A stretch of DNA of 64,000 nt from an uncultured Gammaproteobacteria bacterium (GTDB lineage Bacteria > Patescibacteriota > Microgenomatia > Levybacterales > UBA12049). This document shows, one piece after another, positions 50,330 to 61,237 of this stretch. The stretch is taken from positions 106,691 to 170,690 of the forward strand of contig CAYQEE010000002.1 of assembly GCA_964416445.1 (NCBI GenBank), in the 5' to 3' direction. The notes beneath the pieces are model-generated. The model was not told the DNA's origin. It made no database searches and saw only the letters and a list, made by a program, of their open reading frames with translations. Positions within the stretch are counted from its first letter, which is position 1. The number at the start of each line of letters is the position of its first letter. The position numbers and the translations under genes were made by a program.

Positions 50330-52093
50330 TTATTCTAATTCATCAATAATAAATCCTTTAACTTGATGGTCCCACATATTTTTGAAAATTCCGTTAGGCT
50401 TTTTTAATAGTTCATCGGGGTTGCCATCTTCAATTATTTTTCCTCCATCGAGAATAATGATTCTATCCATTTTTTTCAACGTAGATAATCTATGAGCAAT
50501 AGCGATCACTGTTCTATCTTTCATCAACTGTTCAAGAGACAGTTGAATGGCATGTTCACTTTCACTATCAAGGCTACTAGTAGCTTCATCAAGTACAAGA
50601 ATTGGTGCATTCTTAAGAAACGCTCGAGCAATGGCAATACGTTGTCTCTGACCACCGGAAAGTTTTACTCCTCGTTCGCCAACTAATGTTTCATATCCTT
50701 GAGGTAATGAAGAAATAAATCCATCTGCCTGTGCTAACTTTGCTGCATAAATAACAGCTTCATCAGTTGCAAGTGGATTGCTATACCGTATATTCTCACG
50801 AATAGTTCTATGAAAAAGACTCGTGTCCTGAGGGACAAACGCAATCGATAGACGTAAGCTTTCAAGAGTTACATCAAAAATATTCTGTCCATCTATTTTT
50901 ATTGCCCCTGCTTGTACATCGAAATGTCTCAACAACAAAGAAACGAAAGTTGTTTTCCCCGCACCACTTCTTCCAACAAACCCAACCTTTTGTCCTGCAG
51001 GTATTTGAAGTGAGAAATTTTCAAAAACTTGAGTATTTTCGTATTGAAAATCTATTGATTCAACAGAAATTGCCCCTTTTGATAAAACTAAATGAGAAGC
51101 ATGTGGAGCATCCACAATAATATGTTCTTGTAAAATTTCTTCAAGACCTTCTTTTGCTTCACCATAATACCGAGCTGCATCTCGCATTTCTTGACCAATA
51201 AAGAACAATTGCCCTGAAAGATCGCCAACAATTGCAATAACCATCACAATAACGCCAATATTCACAACGTGTATTTGAAATAAATACACAGAAGTCCCAA
51301 TGAGTAGAACCATAATAATAAATATGAAAACTCCATTTACGACGAGCACCCATTCACTGAGTCGCCATCGATCGAAACCTGATTGGCGCTGTTTACTAAT
51401 ATATTTTTTAATGTAATCTCGCTCTCCTGTTACATAGGCATGTTCATGAACTAAAGAAATATTTGACAATGAATCAACAATTCGTCCTTTAAGTGTGGAA
51501 AGAGATTCTGCAAACTGCACTGAATAAGGCTGAAGTTTTCTTGCAAACCAAACATTAATACCAAGAAAAAAAATTGACCAAATACCTATGATTAATCCAA
51601 GCCGCATATCACTAATCCACGCAAAAATAACATACCAACAGAGTCCGATAATGAGGGGTATAAATCGCCATAATATTTTTTCAAAGAGATCATCTGTTCC
51701 GTCTACTGCATTTGCAATCTTGCTTGAGAGAGAGCCAGCAAAACGACTATTAAAATAATCTTTACTATGCAAAGAAATATAATCAAATAATTTTTGATAT
51801 GCAGTCGCTCGTAATCCAGTAAACCAATGCATACCGGTAAAACCACTTGCTCGCCAAAATACCTGGGCTAATAAGAATAATATTGAATATGCAATTGCCC
51901 AGGTCCAAATAGCATCAATACTTAATGGTTGACCTGCAATTGCATCAGTTAAGTTCCGTAGAACAATAACCGTAAAACGATCAACGGCTGTAGCTATGAG
52001 CACAAAAATCAATGCAAAAATTGCCCATTTTTTATGTATTTTTGAAATAAAGTAGGCAAATTGAAGAGGTTTTTTTGGCAGATATTCCTTCAT
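50330..52093 (-). CDS. ABC exporter, fused permease-ATPase (MsbA-like)
   Basis: Six N-terminal TMs, Walker A GRSGAGKTT, signature LSGGQRQR, Walker B ILVLDEATS. Confidence 0.85.
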   Translation of the reverse strand: MKEYLPKKPLQFAYFISKIHKKWAIFALIFVLIATAVDRFTVIVLRNLTDAIAGQPLSIDAIWTWAIAYSILFLLAQVFWRASGFTGMHWFTGLRATAYQKLFDYISLHSKDYFNSRFAGSLSSKIANAVDGTDDLFEKILWRFIPLIIGLCWYVIFAWISDMRLGLIIGIWSIFFLGINVWFARKLQPYSVQFAESLSTLKGRIVDSLSNISLVHEHAYVTGERDYIKKYISKQRQSGFDRWRLSEWVLVVNGVFIFIIMVLLIGTSVYLFQIHVVNIGVIVMVIAIVGDLSGQLFFIGQEMRDAARYYGEAKEGLEEILQEHIIVDAPHASHLVLSKGAISVESIDFQYENTQVFENFSLQIPAGQKVGFVGRSGAGKTTFVSLLLRHFDVQAGAIKIDGQNIFDVTLESLRLSIAFVPQDTSLFHRTIRENIRYSNPLATDEAVIYAAKLAQADGFISSLPQGYETLVGERGVKLSGGQRQRIAIARAFLKNAPILVLDEATSSLDSESEHAIQLSLEQLMKDRTVIAIAHRLSTLKKMDRIIILDGGKIIEDGNPDELLKKPNGIFKNMWDHQVKGFIIDELE

Positions 52094-52195
52094 AAAATTA
52101 GTATAACAGAATATACTTCCCTTCTTTTCATGCTACGTAATACCATCGAATGCTTAGGAATAAAAAAGGAACATGCAACGTGGTATACTTATTAA

Positions 52196-52693
52196 ATGAA
52201 GACTTTACGATCCGATACGTCCCTCGCTCTTCAATTTGCATCAGGAACTACCCCAAAACAGCTTGATGGATTTTATCAAGGAAAGTTAATAAAATTACTA
52301 CCTAAAAACGTTTTAGAATCATTTGGAAGTATGATTTTGCAGGTTTGGTTACCGTGGTATGGGAAAGAATTTGCGGGTCAAGAAAACAAAGGAAGCAATC
52401 GATTACCGAAGTACTTACTATCTTTTTTTAAATCATTTTATGGCGACTCCATCATTCTCAAGATTGATAAACAAAGTATTAACGTATTTCCTTTTCGAAC
52501 AATGATAACAACTGGATTACAAGATAAGATGAAAGTCCTTCAACTAACTTATGATTTACCACAAAATCCTTCTCGAGTTCGACAAGTCATTGATGAGTTG
52601 GTCTGTATTGAAAAAGACACCTATCTTGGGAAAGCATACCTCAAAGAAGGAAACAAACAGAGAATTGTTGCTTATTTTACTTTAACGAAGTAA
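52196..52693 (+). CDS. hypothetical protein
   Basis: 165-aa ORF, no family recognised. Confidence 0.35.
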   Translation: MKTLRSDTSLALQFASGTTPKQLDGFYQGKLIKLLPKNVLESFGSMILQVWLPWYGKEFAGQENKGSNRLPKYLLSFFKSFYGDSIILKIDKQSINVFPFRTMITTGLQDKMKVLQLTYDLPQNPSRVRQVIDELVCIEKDTYLGKAYLKEGNKQRIVAYFTLTK

Positions 52694-53245
52694 CGTATGA
52701 GCAGTGTTTGCAATTTTGAGAAGAGTATTCCAGTTTCGAGTCGTTATATTTTTCCCAAATTCTTTTTCAATTATCTTCATTAAGTCACCAGATCCTCGCT
52801 TTGCAGAAACTTCAAGAACACTACATATTTCCCGATTGATAACTCGTAGAATTGTAAAGTCCTTTTCTGGAGATTGATACGGAATTGGTAATTTACTCTG
52901 CTGATTATCAGAGGTGAAGGTTATATACAATCTTATCTTTGAATTCATATGAATTTGTTTAAAAGGATCAGCGGAGATAAGCTTTTCTATTTCATCGTTA
53001 GAACGAATAAAAACTCTAATATCTCGATGAAATGACTTACTAAGAGTTTTTTCTATTTCTTCCGTAAGTAGATAGCTATTCTTTTCAGCAGTTTCAAAGA
53101 TAACATTACCACTTGCCAGAACAGTACGAACATTTTTATATCCTAGTAATTCGAAGGCGCTCTTGAGATCGGACATTTTAATAAGGCTATTTCCCCCCAC
53201 GTTGATTCCTCTGAGAAGTGCAATATAGATAGTTGATGCATTCAT
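52682..53245 (-). CDS. DUF1697-family protein
   Basis: YIALLRGINVGGN N-terminal motif characteristic of DUF1697. Confidence 0.5.
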   Translation of the reverse strand: MNASTIYIALLRGINVGGNSLIKMSDLKSAFELLGYKNVRTVLASGNVIFETAEKNSYLLTEEIEKTLSKSFHRDIRVFIRSNDEIEKLISADPFKQIHMNSKIRLYITFTSDNQQSKLPIPYQSPEKDFTILRVINREICSVLEVSAKRGSGDLMKIIEKEFGKNITTRNWNTLLKIANTAHTLLR

Positions 53246-53337
53246 TATAAGCGCTAAAATTATATCAAAGAAACTTTTTTACGTAAAATAGCTTCAAAAA
53301 AGATAAGCGATGCGCAAACAGATATCAAGGAGTCGTT

Positions 53338-53652
53338 TTACAAAGGGTGCCATTGAGAATGAAGTAAATCAACTTTTTGATTAATAAATAACACTCCTTC
53401 TGTAAGTAACATCGCTTTTTTGGTAACTACTCCTCCACTCCCCGAATAACCGACTAACGCTCCTGTGGAAGAAACAACCCTATGACATGGTGTTCGTGGA
53501 GCATCAGGATTCGTTTTCATAATAAGCCCTACTGCACGAGCTGCTTTTGGACTTCCCGCTAATTTTGCGAGTTGTCCATAGGTAGCAACTTTTCCTTTTG
53601 GAATTTGTCTTGTCAGCTGGTAAATTGTCTCTTTAAATGAAAAGGAAGCCAT
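53338..53652 (-). CDS. methylated-DNA-protein-cysteine methyltransferase DNA-binding domain protein (MGMT family)
   Basis: PCHRVV active-site motif. Confidence 0.75.
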   Translation of the reverse strand: MASFSFKETIYQLTRQIPKGKVATYGQLAKLAGSPKAARAVGLIMKTNPDAPRTPCHRVVSSTGALVGYSGSGGVVTKKAMLLTEGVLFINQKVDLLHSQWHPL

Positions 53653-53837
53653 AAAAATAGTATACTATAGAAACGTAAGAATAAAGAAATGATTTCGAAA
53701 TAGTTTTCATCTATTCTTTTGTAGGTTGCTAATAAAATGCAATAACATCTGAACGAAATATCTAAGATTTTATCAGCTGTAACTTTATTCTATCTTTTAC
53801 ATCATTAAATAATGGATATACCTTCCACAAAAGATTA

Positions 53838-54350
53838 CTACGAAAAGCTATCGATAATTCTTTCTATGCATTGCGTTTGAGATAGTTGTTCCGTGTTCAA
53901 AATAATAGCTCCTTCATAAGGATTTTTTTTAATATTGTCATAGATCTCTTGTAAAGTATCATTGCCAATAGGTCTTCTTATATAATTTGTTGCTTCCACA
54001 CGTTGCGTATCCCGTTCTAAAAGTGTCTGCAGTGAACAAGTTAACTGAAATACTTTTACAGGAATATTACGCTTTTGAGCTTCTTGCGTTGCTTGTCTCA
54101 GAATATCCAGGTGGACATCACGAAATATGCCATCCATAACAACGCTCAATCCATTTTTAAGTAAATACTGCAACACGGGCAGTGAAGTTCTGTAGGCATA
54201 CAGTAACTGTTCCTCCGTTTCTTCTCCAAAAAAATCTTTAAAGTTATCAATTTTTAACCATACTGTTTTCATTTGAAAGTTACGAAATGATTTTGCGAGA
54301 GTAGTTTTCCCACTAGCTGGCGCACCACGAAAAATTATAAGCCGTTGCAT
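53838..54350 (-). CDS. P-loop kinase-like ATPase (AAA_33-like)
   Basis: Walker A GAPASGKTT. Confidence 0.5.
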   Translation of the reverse strand: MQRLIIFRGAPASGKTTLAKSFRNFQMKTVWLKIDNFKDFFGEETEEQLLYAYRTSLPVLQYLLKNGLSVVMDGIFRDVHLDILRQATQEAQKRNIPVKVFQLTCSLQTLLERDTQRVEATNYIRRPIGNDTLQEIYDNIKKNPYEGAIILNTEQLSQTQCIERIIDSFS

Positions 54351-54457
54351 AAAATCAGTATAGCATTTTTATACCACCCAGAGAGTTTTTAACATAACAA
54401 ACATACTTTCCGACACATGTACTGATTTTTATTTGATCTGCGTGTTATTATCAGTTT

Positions 54458-55243
54458 ATGGTATCTGACATTTTCCTTAATCTTATTCTTCTTATTTTTC
54501 TTTTATTATCAATTATTGAAAATAACATTACTCCTTCTGCTGAGCAGATAAAACATATTCGGAAGAAGATTCCACCTCTACCTATACTTACTTTTTTCAT
54601 TTATGGATTTCTACTGAGTGTCTTTTTGATTCTTAAAGAACAAAACCTCACGAGAGCTTATCTTATTTTTTCTTTCAGCATTCTTATTATTGGCCACGCG
54701 GTTTGGCTATCGTTATTAAGAAAAAGAATTATTTTAGTTTTCTTCGTGTTACTAAGTACTTGTATTATTATGTATCGATTATTTTTACCCTCGGCTTTAA
54801 GTCACGATATTTTTCTTTTTAGTTCCCTTGTATGGATTGGTTCTTTTCTCACTTCATTAAACATTCTCACCACACAGAGATTTATCATTATTAGTATCAT
54901 ATGGTTTATTTATGATTCTCTGTATGTTTGGTTCACACCGCTCGCGCATATTGTTAACACAAAATCAAGTACTCTAGGATTTCCCTTATCAATAAATATT
55001 AACACCACCTCAATTGGCACTGCTGATGTATTATGGGCAACTCTATTTCTATCACTCTTACGAAGCGTAAAACAAAAAATTTTTGGAATTACTCTTCTAA
55101 TACTTAGTAATCTCTTACTCTCTCTCTATAGTTATTGGAGCAATACAATTCTTTTCTTTCCATTATTAGTATTATGGGTACCCCTTGGTATGATCTTTCT
55201 AATTTATCTTACGTTTACCAATCGAAGATCCCGAAAAGATTGA
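54458..55243 (+). CDS. polytopic membrane protein, unknown function
   Basis: 261 aa, strongly hydrophobic throughout. Confidence 0.4.
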   Translation: MVSDIFLNLILLIFLLLSIIENNITPSAEQIKHIRKKIPPLPILTFFIYGFLLSVFLILKEQNLTRAYLIFSFSILIIGHAVWLSLLRKRIILVFFVLLSTCIIMYRLFLPSALSHDIFLFSSLVWIGSFLTSLNILTTQRFIIISIIWFIYDSLYVWFTPLAHIVNTKSSTLGFPLSININTTSIGTADVLWATLFLSLLRSVKQKIFGITLLILSNLLLSLYSYWSNTILFFPLLVLWVPLGMIFLIYLTFTNRRSRKD

Positions 55244-55380
55244 GTTAGTTTGTCTTTATCTGCTCATAATATTCAGGAAAACGAGGTCTGAAACGCTTCA
55301 AATACGCAAAATTGGCTTCCAAGAGAATATGCAAAAGTTTATTGGTTGACTTCTCTGTTGTCGTTTGAAATAGTAAGATC

Positions 55381-58300
55381 ATGGTGACAGATGACTCTGC
55401 AAAAATTGCACAGGCCCAGAATGTTAACTATTTATCACGTTTTCAACACAAAATCTTTAAAAATATTCTTTTTAAAAAACCTTTTCTCTCTAAAGTAACT
55501 ATTCTATTAGGTATAATTATCTGCTTCATATTAACCACTGGTTTTCTTATTATTATTCGTATGAATAATAATAAGAATTTAAAAATAAACAAAGCAACGG
55601 TACATATGAAACCAGTAAAGGCAGTTAATTATTTTTCTGTTATCTCGGTATCTCCACAAAATAATTCTTCAGGAAATGCACCTGATACTCCAATTACCAT
55701 TACGTTCAGCGAACCAGTAAAACCGAACAGTCTAAGAAGTTACTTTGCAGAGTCACCAATGATTCCTGGAATATTTTCTCAGGGTGCATCACCTAATAGT
55801 GTGATTTTTACTGCAAAGTTTCCTTACGGGGAAGGTACTTCGGTAAAAGTTATCCTCAATAAGGGATTTGAATCGATTGCAGGCCACAAATTTCCCATTG
55901 ATTATACCTATAATTTTTCAACGAAGATTCCCGATAATAGTGTTGTCTTTGGAAATAATAATATTAATTCACGCTGGCTCAATTTACCTGTAGGAACAAG
56001 CACAACCTTCAATTTACAACTTGGTAGTAATGTTTCTCCCAATTCGTCGGTAACAATCTATAAGGGTACTTTTGATAAAATAGTTTCATCACTTCTCTAT
56101 AGTAATCAGACAAACCAAGGGTCTAATTACATCACGCAGAACTATCTTAACTATCCTGTTGATACTTCGAGTTTACAACAAATATCTACGATCACTAACA
56201 TCCAAAACGGTTCGTATTTTACTTTTAACCAAGATGAAGGTCTGTATTATATAGAAGCCAAAAATGGCGATCAAGTATTGGGTTCAACATGGGTAAGCGT
56301 TAATGATGAAGGGCTTATTGTCAGACAAGATGATCAAAAAGTAACGATAGCAGCACAAAATATTAAAACCGGCGATATAAATTCGAGCGTAAAAGTGTAT
56401 TTATGGAACTTGCAAGATAAACCAACCCTTATTCAAGCAACACAAATACAAGGTTTCGGTGAGATTCCTGTTGCATATCCTCAAACAGTTGATTTAATTG
56501 TAGGTCAAACGGCCAATGGAGTTATATTAGCCCCTATGTCAGTACCTGAAACCCAAGCTGACATTAGAGTTACTGATAATTTATCCAATATTTATAAAAT
56601 CTATTTACAAACAGATAAACCAACATATACGGCGCAGAGTATCGTAAAGTTTACTGGTATTGTAAGAGTAAATAATGATGCCCAATATACTTTACCTTCT
56701 CAAGGAACTCATGTAGAGATATGGGTTCCTGATCCTTATGATTCTACAAAAAAACTTATTGATCAGACAGTAACTGTTGGAGATGGAGGCATTATATCAG
56801 GACAATTTACACTTCCTTCTTCTTTTACTCCTTCTGCAGATTCCACAACACTTTCAGCAACTCTCTATGCGGCTGCAGCAAATGGTACTCCGCCAGACAG
56901 CACAGCAAGATCATATACGACTTTTGATGTCATATCGCAACAGTCAAAAGCACTTATAAAAGTAACTTTTGACAATAATACCTATACTCATGATCAGTCT
57001 GTTGTTGCACATGTTAGTGCTTTCGATGAATCTGGTAATCCTATGGCAAACAAAGCAATTACTTATACCATTTATTCAAAAGATTACTATGAAAACGATC
57101 CTTCATCTGTTGCTAATTATGGAAATGATTGGGGCGAACAAACAAAAGTGGTAAATCAACCCACAACACTCGATGGGAATGGTAAAGTTGACATTAAAAT
57201 TGCACCAACTGATAACCATGTTAGTCAAGCTATCACTTTGGAAGCATCTACAACCGATGGTACTAATACGGCAATTTATGGGGCAAAGACGGTACTTGTG
57301 CAACAAGGAATTATTGTTTTAACATTTGGATCTAGTCGACAAGAATATCATTCTGGCGATACAACACTAACGAGAGTATATGCACAAGATCTTCAAGGTA
57401 ATCCCACAGCAAATCTAAATTTAAATTATGAAATATATTCATCAGAATACGATAACGTATTACGCAGCTTCAAAGAAACAGTTTTAAGTCAAGGAACGGC
57501 AACAACTGACTCAAATGGCTTTGTGCTTATATCGCAACCAATAATATCAAATGCATCCAATGTTTCTATCAGGGTCACCACAAAAGATTCCCTAGGTAAT
57601 CCTATTCAAGCAGAAAGATCAATGGATATTTTATCAAGTAATGTTAATTCGTCTGCCATTTACTATCACAACCCTACATTAACGAATCTGGATGTCGCAA
57701 CTGACAAATTAAGTTACAATGTTGGCGATACTGCAAATCTTGTCATAAATTCTCCTTATGATCAAAATGTTCAAGTAACATTTGAAGGTGGAAGAATATA
57801 CCATAATGAATGGTTACATCTCTCTAGGGGTAATAATAACTACCCAATACAGATTACTTCACAATTAGCACCTTCGTTTAATATTAATTTAAGTTATTTT
57901 CACAATGGCAACCTATATGTTGAAGGTTTACCCATAATAGTCCATGACAACTCCAAAACGTTTACCCTTACCTTAACCAGTGATAAAAACATATATGCAA
58001 AAAATGATCAGGCACAAGTTACGATTACCGCAAAAGATAATACAGGAAAACCAGTGAGTGGGAAAGTAATTGTCAATGTGATTGATGATAGCATTTTTAA
58101 TTTGCGTAACAATTTACCAAACAGTAATCTGTATTGGAATTTTTATAGTCCTCGTATCGATACGACAAATTTTTCTGCATCATCTTTGGGAATTGGAACA
58201 GGAGGCGGTTGTGGCGGAGGCAGTGGGATTGATATAACATATGTTCCAAACAGGCTTGGCAATAGTTATTACATGAATTCTACTTTTACTACCGATCAGA

Positions 58301-58422
58301 ATGGGATAGTAATAGCTACTATTCCCCTATCTCAGGTTAGTGGAAATCTCCGAGTCTATGTTACAGCCGTGAGTGGATCTACCGCTGTTAGTCAATCTCA
58401 ATCTTTGCTATTAGTGCAGTAA
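55381..58422 (+). CDS. large membrane-anchored extracellular protein with an Ig-like (Big/SbsA-type) N-terminal domain and repetitive beta-rich domains
   Basis: 1013 aa, single N-terminal TM (aa 37-58). VISVSPQNNSSGNAPDTPITITFSEPV resembles an SbsA/Big_5 Ig-like domain. Ser/Thr/Asn-rich. No thioester CxEQ. Confidence 0.55.
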   Translation: MVTDDSAKIAQAQNVNYLSRFQHKIFKNILFKKPFLSKVTILLGIIICFILTTGFLIIIRMNNNKNLKINKATVHMKPVKAVNYFSVISVSPQNNSSGNAPDTPITITFSEPVKPNSLRSYFAESPMIPGIFSQGASPNSVIFTAKFPYGEGTSVKVILNKGFESIAGHKFPIDYTYNFSTKIPDNSVVFGNNNINSRWLNLPVGTSTTFNLQLGSNVSPNSSVTIYKGTFDKIVSSLLYSNQTNQGSNYITQNYLNYPVDTSSLQQISTITNIQNGSYFTFNQDEGLYYIEAKNGDQVLGSTWVSVNDEGLIVRQDDQKVTIAAQNIKTGDINSSVKVYLWNLQDKPTLIQATQIQGFGEIPVAYPQTVDLIVGQTANGVILAPMSVPETQADIRVTDNLSNIYKIYLQTDKPTYTAQSIVKFTGIVRVNNDAQYTLPSQGTHVEIWVPDPYDSTKKLIDQTVTVGDGGIISGQFTLPSSFTPSADSTTLSATLYAAAANGTPPDSTARSYTTFDVISQQSKALIKVTFDNNTYTHDQSVVAHVSAFDESGNPMANKAITYTIYSKDYYENDPSSVANYGNDWGEQTKVVNQPTTLDGNGKVDIKIAPTDNHVSQAITLEASTTDGTNTAIYGAKTVLVQQGIIVLTFGSSRQEYHSGDTTLTRVYAQDLQGNPTANLNLNYEIYSSEYDNVLRSFKETVLSQGTATTDSNGFVLISQPIISNASNVSIRVTTKDSLGNPIQAERSMDILSSNVNSSAIYYHNPTLTNLDVATDKLSYNVGDTANLVINSPYDQNVQVTFEGGRIYHNEWLHLSRGNNNYPIQITSQLAPSFNINLSYFHNGNLYVEGLPIIVHDNSKTFTLTLTSDKNIYAKNDQAQVTITAKDNTGKPVSGKVIVNVIDDSIFNLRNNLPNSNLYWNFYSPRIDTTNFSASSLGIGTGGGCGGGSGIDITYVPNRLGNSYYMNSTFTTDQNGIVIATIPLSQVSGNLRVYVTAVSGSTAVSQSQSLLLVQ

Positions 58423-58549
58423 TTCGTTCTAATTTTTTCTCTTTTAACTATGCTATTTTTTATTGAGCTTGTAGAATCTGATACTAATCTTAATTAAGTC
58501 TATTTTTCAGAAAAAGTCAACTGATATACCCAAAGGATGAAGAGAGAAA

Positions 58550-58879
58550 TTATTTAGTTAACTGTTTATTATACTCAAGTGCAAGTTGTATCCAATAATC
58601 AAAGTCTTTCTGAGTGTTTATGGCATCTTTCGTGAGGAATATCCATCCAGGCATTTCTTTACCTCTCATGACTGCTATTTTTGCTCCTTTTCTTTTCAGT
58701 GACTCTTGATCCTTGGGGTCAATTCTCAGCATCATGATATGATCGGGTCTGTTATTAACCGAAACACACATTTTCCCATTTATCATAAATGCGAGTCCTC
58801 CAAATGCTCTCTTTTCTTCAACATGAGAATTTGCAAGTGCTCTTCTCACTTCTTCTGCCAATGTTTCGTCGTATGCCAT
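58550..58879 (-). CDS. TfoX N-terminal domain-like protein
   Basis: MAYDETLAEEVRRAL...EKRAFGGLAFMINGKM pattern. Confidence 0.45.
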   Translation of the reverse strand: MAYDETLAEEVRRALANSHVEEKRAFGGLAFMINGKMCVSVNNRPDHIMMLRIDPKDQESLKRKGAKIAVMRGKEMPGWIFLTKDAINTQKDFDYWIQLALEYNKQLTK

Positions 58880-58881
58880 AG

Positions 58882-59271
58882 TTAGCTTCTCATGAATGTT
58901 CTATACGCGGTTAAGTCAAAATATATGATAAGTTTTGCAAGTTTGTCGTCTTCTACTCTCCAAACTTCTGCAACATCCTGCTCCATTTTTTTCCCTTTCG
59001 GATTTACATAAACGTAATGAACAATAGCACAAGCATTCTTGTCTTCAGCAATCATGTCTTTCACCTGAACACTTTCCATACCGGTGAGGAAAGTTATGAA
59101 TGATTGAACAACTTCTTCTTTTCCATTCGCAATAAGAACATGTGATGCATCAGCAAAATATGCATCATGAGCATAAAGCTCTTTCCATTTATCATCCTTC
59201 TTATTGAGACTATCATAATAGCTCAGGATAAGATTTTTTGTTGACATAAATTGCAACTCCTTTGACGGCAA
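58882..59271 (-). CDS. SnoaL-like / NTF2-like domain protein
   Basis: About 120 aa with an alpha+beta cone pattern; the assignment is weak. Confidence 0.4.
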   Translation of the reverse strand: MPSKELQFMSTKNLILSYYDSLNKKDDKWKELYAHDAYFADASHVLIANGKEEVVQSFITFLTGMESVQVKDMIAEDKNACAIVHYVYVNPKGKKMEQDVAEVWRVEDDKLAKLIIYFDLTAYRTFMRS

Positions 59272-59274
59272 ATT

Positions 59275-59886
59275 CTATTTCAAGACATTATAGCGAATAT
59301 GCGTTACAAGATTGTCTCCGCCTACTTCAACTGGTTCGAGCTTGAGATTGGGTACCCCTTCAAAAAGTCGCGCCCCCGCGCCAATGGTCACTGGAACTAT
59401 ATGCAACCACAGTTCATCAATTAGACCAGCCGCCAAGTATTGATTAACCGTATTTGCACCTCCCATAATCTTTACATTTCGATCTCCAGCCGCTTCTTTT
59501 GCTTTTGAAAGCGCGGATTCAATACCATCCGTCACAAAGAAGAATGTCGTTCCGCCTTCCATCTCTATAGGTCTCCGCTCTTTGTGTGTGAGCACGAAAA
59601 CCGGAGCGTGATATGGAGGATTTTCGCCCCACCATCCTTCCCATTCTGGTGTATCTCTCCTATCTTTTGGCCCAAACATGTTACTACCCATAATGAATGC
59701 ACCAGCATCTAAAATAGCGTCTATCTCCTTTTTATGTTTATACTTCTCTGGCTCAGCGAACATCCAACGATCTAGCAAGTCTGAACTGAAGTTATCTCCA
59801 AATGGTTTTTCGAAAGTTTGATTGGTGCCTGCTCCAAATCCATCAAGAGATATTGCCATCCCACTAGTAATTTTTTGTTTTTCCAC
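59275..59886 (-). CDS. dihydrofolate reductase-like protein (RibD C-terminal domain family)
   Basis: GMAISLDGF...DELWLHIVPVTIGAG pattern of the RibD_C/DHFR-like family. Confidence 0.6.
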   Translation of the reverse strand: MEKQKITSGMAISLDGFGAGTNQTFEKPFGDNFSSDLLDRWMFAEPEKYKHKKEIDAILDAGAFIMGSNMFGPKDRRDTPEWEGWWGENPPYHAPVFVLTHKERRPIEMEGGTTFFFVTDGIESALSKAKEAAGDRNVKIMGGANTVNQYLAAGLIDELWLHIVPVTIGAGARLFEGVPNLKLEPVEVGGDNLVTHIRYNVLK

Positions 59887-60285
59887 TTTTTTATTTTACC
59901 ATATCGCCTATTGGGTAACACTTTTTTTGAAGGGTGGGTGAAGGAGTTCTAAGTACAAATTCACAAATTACCATTCACTATTGCATTTAAAAATTCACAA
60001 TGTATTAAGTTTAAATATGAAAATGAAACCTACCATTTAGCTCTATTCCTCTTACAGTTATTCTTTGGAGAATTATTTATTGGTGTAATTTTAATATGGT
60101 TTTCTGAAATGAGAAAAATAGAGCAACAAGTTTAAAACTTTTATCCTTAAATGTCCTATTGAATACTGACGTTAGGACGATTTCTGCTTCCCCGACCTAG
60201 AATCTTTATAGTGAAAGAAGTTTTGGATATTCTGCAGAATAAAATTTACGTTGCAATAATGAAGCAAAGATGGAAAGAAATAATA

Positions 60286-60831
60286 TTACTTCGTAATGGC
60301 AATCTTCAATGGCTCCAATCCCTTCGTTACAACTCTAGATATCGATAATATAGTCCTAATACCTGCAGGTAATCCTCCAATACCTAAGTAGGATTGAATT
60401 TCTTTTAATGCTTGTTCCTGTGAAGTTTTAGCTTTACCCAAGTGAACACCACCTTGCACATGACTAAGAAACTTTATTAAATCTATAACTGAAATGGGTG
60501 TACCGTCTATAATCATAATTTGCCTACTAAGAAGCTTATCTCTATTGACCTCTAATGGGTATGCTAAATGTGGAACACTTGTATCTGGATCAAAACCATC
60601 TTCCATAGAGTAAAACATTAAACTGGAGTCACCTAAGGGAATTTGCCTGTTATTGATTTTGAACTTTATTTTTAGCTTTTTATTCCCATTTACTTGATCT
60701 ATTAATGGATAGTCATCGATAAGTAACTTTCTTAGCAATGGGGCTATCATGAAGATTTCATAACCATCTTGAGATTTCATTTTTTTCTCTATGTCTTCGA
60801 GGGTTTTCAGAAATAATGTAACTTTATCCAT
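60286..60831 (-). CDS. hypothetical protein (start uncertain; ORF track gives 60286..61029)
   Basis: The longer ORF overlaps the upstream Cys-rich gene by 73 nt, so the internal Met is preferred. No family recognised. Confidence 0.3.
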   Translation of the reverse strand: MDKVTLFLKTLEDIEKKMKSQDGYEIFMIAPLLRKLLIDDYPLIDQVNGNKKLKIKFKINNRQIPLGDSSLMFYSMEDGFDPDTSVPHLAYPLEVNRDKLLSRQIMIIDGTPISVIDLIKFLSHVQGGVHLGKAKTSQEQALKEIQSYLGIGGLPAGIRTILSISRVVTKGLEPLKIAITK

Positions 60832-60956
60832 GAAGAAAGTACTTATAATAAGAACGTTCAGGAGTTTGCTCCCCTCAGTTAGCGATCTTAGAACTTCTTT
60901 TCTGGAATCAGAGGAAATGTATGAGCCTATTTTTATATAAATCTCTAGGTAAAAAA

Positions 60957-61226
60957 TTAGTCTAAACTTCCTTTTGCATTTCCAGCAACCTTCTTTTTCC
61001 TTAAATACCCAAGCCAGCAAATAGGACAAGGTTCGCTACCTTTATAGAGGTGTCCTCGATTACAAACTTTCTTCCCTTGTTTTTTAAATTCGGCCAAAAT
61101 AGTTGGAGGAACATCTTTGCGACAACCACAATGCTTTAAATGCTCCTCGTGCCATTTGACTCGTTCCGCAAGTGTTGAGGGCATTTTGATTATGTTTTTC
61201 TTGTGCCAATCAGCGTTGATTTTCAT
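60957..61226 (-). CDS. small cysteine-rich protein, putative zinc ribbon
   Basis: HCGC ... C ... CPIC spacing in 89 aa. Confidence 0.35.
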   Translation of the reverse strand: MKINADWHKKNIIKMPSTLAERVKWHEEHLKHCGCRKDVPPTILAEFKKQGKKVCNRGHLYKGSEPCPICWLGYLRKKKVAGNAKGSLD

Positions 61227-61237
61227 AACTCAGTACT

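Noticed and set aside
60832-61029. N-terminal 66 codons of ORF 60286..61029
   Set aside because: Overlaps the Cys-rich ORF 60957..61226 by 73 nt in another frame. An internal Met start is more parsimonious, though which of the two reading frames is real in the overlap cannot be settled by eye.
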